The position numbers were made by a program, and so were the translations under genes. Positions 53,441 to 64,000 of a stretch of DNA of 64,000 nucleotides are shown here, one piece after another (the first letter of the stretch is position 1; every line of letters starts with the position of its first letter). Origin of the DNA: Chrysomallon squamiferum (Eukaryota; Animalia; Mollusca); contig CM022678.1 in the NCBI GenBank assembly GCA_012295275.1, positions 13,702,001 through 13,766,000 on the forward strand, in the 5' to 3' direction. A model generated the notes under the pieces. The model saw nothing but the letters and a program-made list of their open reading frames with translations. It had not been told where the DNA came from and did not search any database.

Positions 53441-56400
53441 ACTATAGCACTTGTTATACTTTCTGACGTGAAATGATTGCTAATTTATTACTTGTAAAGA
53501 ACTACTGTGAGATGATCACTAATTTGTTGCATGTAGAGTACTTTGTGAGATGATTACTAATTTGTTACTGTCATGGAATTCAGATTGTGTAACCAAATTT
53601 GTTAGTTCAATCAGAGATCTGCTCCTTTTATGTTTAAGCGATGAATTCAGATTGTGTAACTTTAATTGTTACTACAAAACACATCTGCTCTTTTATTTTT
53701 AAGCTATGGAATTGAAACTGCGTTACTTTAATTATTACTACAATCACATCCATTCTTTTTATTGTTTCCGATGATTTTTCAATCCATGGCATTGTTATAA
53801 AAAGGCTAGCATTTTGCTAATTAAAAAAGAGGAGAACAGAGCAGAGTGGAGTAAACGAGAGCAAAAAGAAACAGTCAAGATGAGAATTCAGTCAGGTGGG
53901 GAAACCAAATGTTTTTGAAAGACGAGTATGGTAAGCAATTGTCTATTCTTATTTTGATGGGGTATAATATGCAATTAACCTGTGTCAATAACATTTATTT
54001 TAAGGTTTTAATCTGTCCTCCATGCAGATTCTTATTTTCTCTTGGTTCCCGATATGACCTTTCTCGTATCATTAATAAAAATTACTTAAACGTATGTTTT
54101 ATGATTGTATAATGCATTATTATCAAGTCACCTGTATATCATAATTAAATAATTAATGTGAACCTTAACTGATGTTGTGTTTATTTCTCTAGTGGATAGA
54201 CAGAATTATTGATTTATAAAGATTGCTGTCAATTTAACGTTTATATTCCTTGTTAGGTGGCCATTAAAGCACCTTGTTACCCTAGACTGAGCCGTAATAA
54301 AACATACAAGGTGTTTAAAGGTGTGAGCCCCATGACAGTTACATGTAGAGAACTGGTGTGAGATAATTATAATTTAATTACATATATATATATAACTATA
54401 GCACATGTTATACTTACTGACTTGAAATGATTACTAATTTGTTACATGTAAAGAACTGCTGTGAGATGATCACTAATTTGTTGCATGTAGAGTACTTTGT
54501 GAGATGATCACTAATTTGTTACATGTAGAATACTGGTGTGAAATGATTACTAATTTGTTATACGTACAGAACTAGTGTGAGATGATTACTAATTTGTTAC
54601 ATGTAGAGTACTTTGTGAGATCATTACTAATTTGATGCATGTAGAATACGTCATGAGATGATTACTATTGTTACATGTAGAGTACTTTGTGAGATCATTA
54701 CTAATTTGATGCATGTAGAATACGTCATGAGATGATTACTAACTTGTTACATGTTGAGAACTGGTGTGAGATGATTATTAATTTGTTAGATGTAGAAAAG
54801 TGATGTTACATGATCACCAGTTTGTTACTTGAGTACTTTTTTTGAGATGATTACTAATTTGTTACATGTAGAGAACTGGTGTGAGATGATTACTAATGTG
54901 TTATATGTAGAAAACTGATGTGACACAATCACTAATTTGTTACATGTAGAGTACTTTGTGAGATGATTATTAATTTGTAACATGTAGAGAACTGATGTGA
55001 GATGATTACATGTAGAAACTACTGACTTGTCTATTCTGGACATCCTGAGGCAGATCTACAGCTGACAGTGGCTGTTTAATCAAACCTACAAGGAGAGCAA
55101 GTCGAGTGAGTCCTAGTGCAGATCCAAGTTGAAAAGATTGGTAGGTGGGAACCAGCTGTCCAAACCTGTCATCAAAAACACTTAGGAAATGTGCAGTCAA
55201 ACAGATGACTGATTAATAGTTCAAATTCTATTTGTTATATAGTTAACTGAAAATATCTATTTACAACAAATATTTTTAATTCATGTATATATCTGTAGTA
55301 TTGTTTTGTTATTATTTAAAGCTGCTTCTAAGAATCTGATTAATTCTTTATCTCCATATATATATATAAAAATAATTATTAATTTCAGCATTAGTATATA
55401 GATTAGTAAAAAAATAGGAAATTTTACCAGTACTGAGTCCAGACTCCATTATCTTGCCCAAAGATTTCTTCTGTCAGTGGGTTAATTAAAACCAGACCAA
55501 ATACATGGCTTCAATTCACAATTATAAAAAAAAAAAAAAAAAAAAAAAACATTTTTAAAACAATAATGTTCGAAAAAACAACCATAATTAAAAACTGTAG
55601 AAAATACCATAAAGTAGCAAATATTCTTTGTGGACACTAAATCATCATTTTACAACTTTATTAATTACAAATAAAGATTATTAACTCCCTCAAACAAACA
55701 CACACACAGAGTTTATATTTTTAAATTGCATATGTTCTACACATGCTGATCATTCAGATCCAAATACCTTTCATATATTTTGGTATAAAACTGAGAGACG
55801 AGTGCTCCAAGTTCTGCTCCTACTAAAATAAATGGTTTCTCCTGCTGACTGCTCAGTGTAAACAGATGGAAGAGATCATCAACCATTCTATAATGACAAA
55901 TACTAAACAGTAAAAATAAACATTTGTAACTGAAACAATAATAATAATATAAATAAATATATGTTAACCAGACACAAATATATTAATTAAATAAAATGAA
56001 AAATATATAAATAAATTTCATTAACAAGTATATTAATTAAATAAACTTGAAATTATAAAGAATTTAGTAAAAGTACCTAGAAGTATTCATTATTAAAAAC
56101 AAGTTTAAAAGCAGTTACCATTTAAGTTTTCACTGTTTTTAATAAACACTTTTTTGTTTTCCTACTTAGATAATTATTTTTTCATACTGATGCTGGGCAA
56201 ACTAACCTTTCTGCAGTAAATGGATGCCATCTTTTTTCAAATGATACCCCATTTGCTTCAGAACTGTTCTGGAAATAGTAAGGAAAAAATAACACAGAAA
56301 ACACAGAGTGTGTGACAGATTTTTAATAATTAGATTATTTTGTTGTAATACAAGACAAATCAGACACTTTCAATGTTTACTAATTACTAATGTATAAAAC

Positions 56401-59358
56401 ATTAAATCACATAAATTATCCAATATGTTTTTAACATAGTTGTTACTGAAATACCATACACATCACAATGCAAAAGTAATATAAATAAAATACCATATTC
56501 CATATGCAGCATACATTTATTTATTTCGAGTATATGGATATTAAATCATTAAAGATATTTCAAGATGAACAGACTTAAGAAATAAGAACCCCCAAAAATG
56601 TGGGGATATATTCCCTAGGCATCCACATAATTTTTTTCATATATGATTCAAAACAAAGGATATAATAAGAGTATTAGACACGAGAAATACGAAACGTCAT
56701 TTACCTTCATAGGACGTTCACTAAAACCAATACCAGCCCGATCATAAACACACACCTGAAAAACAAAAACAAAATAATAATAATAATTAATAATAAATAA
56801 TATATAAAAAAGTAACAAAAAACTCCAAACAGTAGTATTTATTGTTAATAACTTACTAATTAGTGAGAAATATTTTGTCAGTTAAATTGGTTCCTAAACT
56901 ATATATATGCAACAAACTCAGGTTTGTAAACAAATATAACAATAACCTGCTACTTACTTTAGAATGCTGTGAAATCTTTGGCAGGATCAGAGACCAGACA
57001 TCAGATGACATCCCAGTGGGAGAGTCTAGAATGACTAAGTTAACAAAATAAAGCTGGTGTGAACAAATAACATTTAGTTTTCTTACCAATCACTTTACTT
57101 ATATCGCTGTGTTAACGTTTATATGATACATACTTAATACATACTGTCAGTGACTGATTTCAGAATAAATAAAACAGTTGCTGAAAGATACAAAATTAGT
57201 TATTTATAAGCACTAGATGCATGCTGTAGACAGGCATCTGGTGAGACTGTCTCAAGATTTGTGGTATTTCCTGATCCATCCCCACGATAACTTTAACAAA
57301 TAATATTGTATACATATAGAAACATTTATAAACAAAACTTATAGTGACAAATTAATTTCCAAATTAGAAGTATTTTCCACTAGAAGTATTTTATAATTAA
57401 CTTTTATTTTGTGTATGTCTCTAAAAACAGAACAATTACTTTTACTAGAGAGACATAAACAGGTTAACAGATGTATTTGAAAATTCTATAAATGTATAAT
57501 GAATTGTTATCTAAATGTGGGGAGAAAAAGATGTTTGTGATTTTCTTTTGGAATGTGGATCATGTGTTATATTTCAATTTTCTGCTGGGTTTCTTTCTTA
57601 GCTTACCAGTTGGTGATCCTTTTCCACGACACATCATGAACAGTTTTTGACCCCATCCAATATCATAAAGTTCACCACCTGCCAAAAATAACATTTCTTT
57701 CATTAAATAATAAAATAAAATTAGATATAAAAAAATAACAGTAATATTCATTACGGGAAGAAAAAAACCCATTAACATTCTATGTGTGTTCAACCCACTA
57801 TATAATCAATAAAACTTAATAACAACATAATTAAATAATAAAAACATCAAACTTTATCAAATAATAATAATTATGAAGACCATCGTGTTTATTTCTTAAC
57901 AAGTGAAAATATATCTTCAGTGTTAGCAGAATATAAAATAAAATGGCAGACATTCTTTTGATTTCTGCAACTATAAAATGCATGGTCAGGAAACCTTAAT
58001 TTTGTAGAACATGCATAAAACTTGAATATACTGCTAAGTTATTTTAATTCACTTTAATTACTTAATTAGAAAAGATTTCTGTTTTCTTGTTTTCACAGGT
58101 TAGTGCAGTTCATTTTATGCACACTGAAAATGTATAGGCATTTATATAACGATTGTTCTTCTGATACTACAGTTTAAAGATGCTTTTCATTCAAGGCAAT
58201 GGTTCTTCTTCTCTTTTATTTTGTTTAAAATAAAATATTAATAATAAATAACAAGATAACATTTTCATGTTATAGTGAACATCATTTCATAAATACAAAA
58301 TGTAATAAAATATTTATAATAAATTTATTACATGCCTAGTTAGCTCAATGTATCAGCCCTTTTAAGATTATTTTTATAAACCTCCACCAACTTACTGATA
58401 ACATCTAACATTACAAGTATAAACTTACTGATAGAGTGATTTACATATATACAATGAAATATATTTTAAAACTGTACCAGCTGGCAGCAGTTGTTTATGT
58501 TCTCTCTGGAGTGATGCATAATTCAAAAATGGAGGAATTACTAACAGAAGCAGTACATATTTGCTGAAACCAAAACATCGATGACAGAAACCAGAATGAG
58601 TCTTTTGTGTGATTGTCAAAACTGTTTTGTCATTTGTGTCCTTCTGAAATATAAATATTACTATCAGTTGTTTTATGCTTTATTACATAACATGTAACGT
58701 CAATGCATTTCCTACCAGCCACTCATGCATCATTTAAGAATAACTTCAGGGAGTTTAACACATAACATGCTGAGAAATAATTAATTTTGGTTCTATCTCA
58801 GATCTCACTATTTGGTATAGTAACTATCTGAACCAAATCGTTATTACTGTTATTGCCTTATTCTTTAGTTTTAAGATAATATTTAATTCCTCAATATTAT
58901 TTTAAACATAAATAAGCTACTAATTTTTATTTTTAAACAGTAAAATTAATCGTTATCAATTTCGAAGAGTAACAACAAAAAACAAAAATAAAGCAATCGT
59001 TTGAATTGAATACCATTTAATGATTTACGTTCCAAAATAACAATATCTTTTGACCTCAAAGACTATATCAGTCTGTATAACAGGAAAATATTACAATTAA
59101 TTATGAACTAAACACTGAAAAGATTATTATTTGGACTTTTATAGTGAGAACACCTTGACAGTGTCACAGTGTGATTGGACAGTCATCGTGTTGCCTGAGA
59201 TAAATTAAATGGCAGCAAAAAGTGGGTTCATGTTCAGATTCGACAGACTTCTCTCTTATTTTATAAAACACTTATACTCTTACATTATCTGATCTTGATT
59301 CAGCAATTTCGGACGACTGTTTATTGATGTTGTCGACCTTTCGTTTTCTTGGAGGCAT
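52174..59358 (-). CDS. Uncharacterised membrane-anchored alpha/beta-hydrolase-fold protein, complete, 12 exons, 399 aa
   Basis: GT-AG, phase-consistent exons on the minus strand: 59358-59284, 58643-58478, 57678-57607, 57034-56958, 56755-56705, 56268-56207, 55887-55768, 55508-55428, 55165-55027, 53249-53167, 52794-52698, 52350-52174, totalling 1200 nt. Abhydrolase motifs: CRGKGSPTVILDSPTG, VCVYDRAGIGFSERP, ERMVDDL, PFILVGAELGA, GLVLINP, GADHHML. N-terminal hydrophobic segment YVLLLLVIPPFLNYA. The exon 1 boundary is the least certain. Confidence 0.9.
53275..53570. repeat. Second cluster of the 39-bp minisatellite, interleaved with (TA)n(CA)n microsatellites (compound unit of about 130 bp)
   Basis: Block (TA)n(CA)n-CTATAGCAC..GTTAT..TGAC.TGAAATGATT.CTAATTT.TTAC occurs twice here and again at about 54380-54450. 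Confidence 0.9.
53573..53770. repeat. Diverged tandem repeat, about 66 bp x3
   Basis: ATG(G)AATTCAGATTGTGTAAC...ATCTGCTC.TTTTAT.TTTAAGC units start at about 53573, 53641 and 53706. Confidence 0.8.
54338..55020. repeat. Minisatellite, about 39-bp unit, roughly 15-17 diverged copies, in hydrolase intron 9
   Basis: Consensus GTGAGATGATTACTAATTTGTTACATGTAGAGAACTGGT repeated in tandem, with sub-variants such as GAGTACTTTGT and GAATACGTCAT. Confidence 0.95.
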
Positions 59359-59945
59359 CACTTCTTTTTGTTTACTATAATTACGCACGTGTAATGGACT
59401 GTTTCTCTTTAATATGAAATGAAGTCGGGAAAAAGTCGATGATTTCCTCGGCAAACATCGTATATATCCGTGTTTATGCAAAGTGGTATCAGATAACAAG
59501 TAAAGTTAGGGATTATGGCACACACCCCAACCATCCACCCACCCACACATAAACACACACACACACACGTCTATCATTCCCATTAATAATTTTTAGCTCT
59601 GATATTTAGTTTATCATATGCACAATATAATCATTGTTATGTTGACAAATTAGTAATTATATGCGTATGAATGTGTATATGTGTGTGTAACCTATGTATA
59701 ATTATCTCATAGATACAGAAAACAATGCAGTATTATTATCGCCATCTAAGTTTTTGAAATTACATATGTTGAGATGTAGAAAAGAATAAGTATTCCTAAA
59801 TCAGCACAATAAATAAAATAAAAAAAAGAAAAAAAAAAGACAAACACACAAAACAAAAATACTATGTAACTGAAACTGGTGATAGAAACCATATATATAT
59901 ATATATATATATATACACATTCGTAAAAGATAAACTTAATACCTC

Positions 59946-59976
<31 letters not shown>

Positions 59977-60368
59977 AAATTAAATTAAAGATTAAAATTA
60001 AAAAGCTTATATTATTTTTACCTATTATCCAAAACAAAATAATTGACAAAATTAAATTATTCTCCTTTTTTTATTATTATTTATTAGTCATTAAAATATG
60101 TGTTCTGATTATTAATATTACATATTATTACGATTTATTATGTATGATTCTTAATTTATAGTGCATGTTTTCATTATTTTATGTTTTAATAGAAAATTCC
60201 AGTGTACACCGGAATGTTAGTAGACTGGCTGTCTGATGATTATGAAATGTTGAATTAGATAGGTAAAGTACAGAGAACAGTCGATTATTGCTGTCAATAT
60301 AAACAAGCCGGTGCTCGTTTTGTTTTTATAAAATAAATTATTTCTTTAAAATGTATTAAAATTTGAAT
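59359..60368. promoter_or_regulatory. Short (about 1 kb) divergent region between the hydrolase and FBXO16 start codons; candidate bidirectional promoter
   Basis: Head-to-head ATGs at 59358 (-) and 60369 (+). CpG-containing patch at 59380-59470 with CACGTG and CGGGAAA. A forkhead-like ATAAACA lies at about 60298-60304. Confidence 0.5.
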
Positions 60369-63300
60369 ATGTCAAAAGTAGCAAAGAACAGAACAAAAAG
60401 CACATGGACTCCACTTAGCAATGAAGAAACAAACAACAAGGTATATAAGAACTGTATGCTATCCTTTAAAGTTATGCTATGTTAATCCTTGTATTTACGA
60501 TGTATGTCTATTTCCGTACAACTTTATCTGCCTGTTGAATTAGTCTATAAATATAATTCCTATTTAAAGTATTTTTCAAATGTGTGTGTGTCACTGTGTG
60601 TGTGTGTGTGTGTGTGTGTGGACCTACAATCAGGTTCATTGACATTGTGATTTTTCTGGTTCCAAAGGTTGTAGATTTTAATCAACCTTTCCCTGTTGTT
60701 CTGTGTTATTCAGGTCTCTTCAGTCTTACTCATCAGTCGTCTTGAGTATTCACTTTTCATGTTACAATTATTTGTATTTATATATAAGTAAAGCAACAAG
60801 TTTCAGTTTACTGTTAAGTAATAAATATATAGGACAATTTATATCCAGTTTTCCAAAAATTATTTAAAAATTTACCAAAAGGAACAGTACTTTGAATACT
60901 CATGGACAACTCAATAAGACATCTCTGTGTGATTACATACTGCTAATAAATGTACAAATTGAAATGGAACATATTAATATTCTCAATGTAATACTGTTTG
61001 TGTTACAAAACATATTTCTCCTCCAGAAACCCCCATGATAATAAACTATAAAACAACCTAATAATAATATATTTTAAAAATACAGTATAACCCCTCATAA
61101 TATCTCTCTAAAAAAAAAAAATGCCTTAAACAATAAAAATAATAATTTATAATACCTCCAGAAAATACTGATAATAAACATCACAGGTTCTCCCATTGTG
61201 TGTAGTTTGGAACACGTTCCTAAAACAGAATAATAATACCTGGTTTTTCAGAGAAATTGATATTCTTGAAATGGCGAACTGATGTAAAAAAAAACACTGA
61301 CTAATGTTTCAAATTAGATGTTTATGAATGGTGATAGAATGTACATGGCTCTTCCAGCAGAGACAGGTGCATTTAAGGTTATAATAAAACCATTTTGCAT
61401 CTTTAATTTCAAACCCTGCTCATTTGCAGTATGGACTGAAGAATTTCCTTTGTGTTTTAATAAGCTTTTATCAACCATTTGAATTGGTCTCAGTGGGCAG
61501 TGGAAAAATAGGTTTTTCATTTTTAATCTACTATGAAAGACTACGACTTTTATTTTGTATTGAAAAAATAACTAAATGCATTCTTGTTATATGTATTTTT
61601 ATATTTATTTATTTATTATTATATTTGTTTGTTTATTTAAAACAATTTAAAAGAAGAGAAAAGAAAAAGCATGGATATGTTTGATAATTCTTGTTAAAAA
61701 AGTATACTTGCAATTATTATATATATACATATATTAAATAAAAAAATTTAAACACAATTATTTTCAAAATGATTATAGGTGTGAAGAATATTAGACTGAT
61801 ATATTTCAGATATTTTCCTGACAAGACTAATTTTATTTTGTTACTTATTCAAACAGATTTTTGAAGAAAGGCGAGTACTTATAGGAAAATGGGTAAGTAC
61901 TATTAAATTTTAGAAATGTACAGCAATTTATCTAACTTATATTTAGCCAAATAAAAATGCAGCTGTATATATGTTGATAGAAAGAGGGAGATATTTGTAT
62001 TAATTTTAAAAAACACTATGTGATTTGAATAAAAAATAATGGTAACAAGAAATTAGGAATAATTATCTATTAATAATGAAACATTTTCATTTTACTTTTA
62101 GTATGACAGATGGACAGATGATCAGAGGAAGAAAATATTAGATGATTTAGTCAGGAGAAGTAAGAAAAAGCAGTTGGAGTATGCCAGGGATCTTTTACAC
62201 GACAAAGTTCCAGAAAAACATTTAGATTTCACTCGCACTCTGCCTAGAGTTATCTCTCTTTATATTTTCTCTTTCTTGGACCCACGAAGTTTATGTCGTT
62301 CTTCAAGGGTAAACAATTTTTTATTATTAATATTTATATTTTAATAGAAGTTAATCAGATGTGATGTAAACATAAATATGTGTGTTAGTAAAAGGATTAA
62401 TGTTAAAAAAAATAATTATTTTATTTATAGATTCTATTTGCAAAGGGTATTTTAATTTTATTTAATAAATTGGTGTTAACTGTTTTATGTCTTGGCAACA
62501 TATGATACACTTTTTTCCTTTCTATGTATTTATTTTATTGATGTTTACTACTTGTATTACTTCTGCAGGTTTGTTGGTATTGGAAATATTTGTCAGAACT
62601 TGATCAGTTGTGGATGCCAAAATGCTTGCGTCTTGGCTGGATTTTAACTTTCACACCAAGTCCATATGAAACTGGTGTATGGAAAAGAAATTATGTCGAA
62701 AACATTAGAAGTCTTCAAGTCTTGAGACCAAAGGTAACATTTCATCTTATGTAGATGGATAACATAGCTTTAAAACCATGCACTTAATTTTAATTTTACT
62801 ATAAATGTTATAAATACTTGTTTAGTGAATGTTTTTATTCTTGTTATTAATGGTTTTTGCATTATTAAAATTTCAAACACAGAAAATGATGAGATACTAT
62901 TTCAATTCATTCCACTTATAAAATTAGATAATAAAAAATATCCAGTTTAAGAACAAAAAATATTTATACATGAAGCTTTTGATACTTATAGAATTATTAA
63001 ATTGACTTAGGTGATGAATTAGTATTGTATTTATTTTGAGGAGAAAAAAATAAAAACATAAACCAAATGTACATTTCTTTTTTTATGTTTCTTCAATAAA
63101 GATTGAACCATGGAAACCCAAGCTGGTATAGCATGCTTGTATTAAATATTTAGTGTTCACATGACATTATAAACACTCACAGATCACAAAACGGGAGTGC
63201 TGTACACTTTAAATATCTTTTAAAAATCTAGAAATTTATTGTGCACCTTTATATTATGTTCCAAAAGATATAGTTTTTCTTTATTTGTTTTTCACCTATT

Positions 63301-64000
63301 TTTCTTCAATCAAGTGAAATTTGAAAGTTATACTTTTTCTTTTTAACAAGCAAAAGGAAAGAAGCCAGAAAAATAACATTTAGTTATAATTTTAGTTTTT
63401 GAAATGTTTCCATATTCATTATATTAATTTTTCTGTGCTTTTATTACATACCACATAGATTACCTTCCTTCATGTTACACAGCATGTTTATGTACATGGT
63501 ACAGAATAATTTCCACATGGACAAAGTAACCACAGATTTAATTTACTCTGCATTACTGTGACTTGTATCATTTAGACAACATGATCACTAGTTCTTCCGA
63601 TTCCAAAAAACCAACAAAAAACTAATTTATTGCTCACACCAGAATTTCCAGGATTGTCAGTTTCATTTTATTGTGGTTAATGTAAATGTATATTCCAATA
63701 GGAATGATATTAAAAAATGTATCTTTACCAGTTTGTTTAAAACAGTTCCTCTTATTTTATAACAGTTCTCTTTTTGCTGATGCCCACTTTTCTGTGTCAT
63801 TAGTTTAAGCTCATCTAAAAAACCACAGATTAATAGTTAATTATTATCTGTTATAATTATAAATAATTATTATCGGAACCTATGTTTATCAATATTTAAA
63901 CTTATTCACAGTTTCTGCTAACTGTTTTAGGAACCAGTGCACATAGATTTGGCCAATTTGCATACAGACAAGAACAAGAAAGAGAAAAAACACAAGTCCA
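60369..64000 (+). CDS. FBXO16: F-box only protein 16, 5' part; partial, continues beyond the right edge
   Basis: Exons 60369-60440 (MSKVAKNRTKSTWTPLSNEETNNK), 61857-61892 (IFEERRVLIGKW), 62102-62308 (YDRWTDDQRKKIL...LDFTRTLPRVISLYIFSFLDPRSLCRSSR, the F-box), 62569-62733 (VCWYWKYLSELDQLWMPKCLRLGW...GVWKRNY) and 63931 to the window end. All introns are phase 0 and GT-AG. Motifs STWTPL, FEERR..GKW and LPRV.SLYIFSFLDPRSLCR match FBXO16 as I recall it. Confidence 0.92.
60581..60620. repeat. Interrupted (TG)n microsatellite in FBXO16 intron 1
   Basis: TG runs separated by CAC. Confidence 0.9.

Noticed and set aside
61314-61684. ORFs in FBXO16 intron 1
   Set aside because: No homology recognised, low complexity, and the flanking FBXO16 exons join directly in frame.

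Overview
AT-rich, intron-containing animal genomic DNA, probably from an invertebrate. A lophotrochozoan or mollusc origin is an impression only and cannot be shown from this window. No prokaryotic operons, CRISPR arrays, rRNA or tRNA genes were recognised. Four protein-coding genes were reconstructed by hand from splice sites and reading-frame phase: (1) the first two coding exons of a RIM/UNC-10 active-zone gene (- strand, runs off the left edge); (2) a complete 48-coding-exon VPS13B gene (+, 18372-49235, about 3994 aa); (3) a complete 12-exon, 399-aa uncharacterised alpha/beta-hydrolase-fold gene (-, 52174-59358) with Glu where the catalytic Ser normally sits; (4) the 5' part of FBXO16 (+, from 60369, runs off the right edge). 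Introns hold a Tigger/pogo deletion derivative, a Tc1/mariner-like remnant, two minisatellites anchored at splice donors and many microsatellites. I found no clear novel multi-gene system. The best leads are the Glu-for-Ser hydrolase with an NLS-like motif and a membrane anchor, the minisatellite that copies the last VPS13B splice donor 18 times, a GC-AG intron, and possible ancient RIM-VPS13B-FBXO16 linkage.
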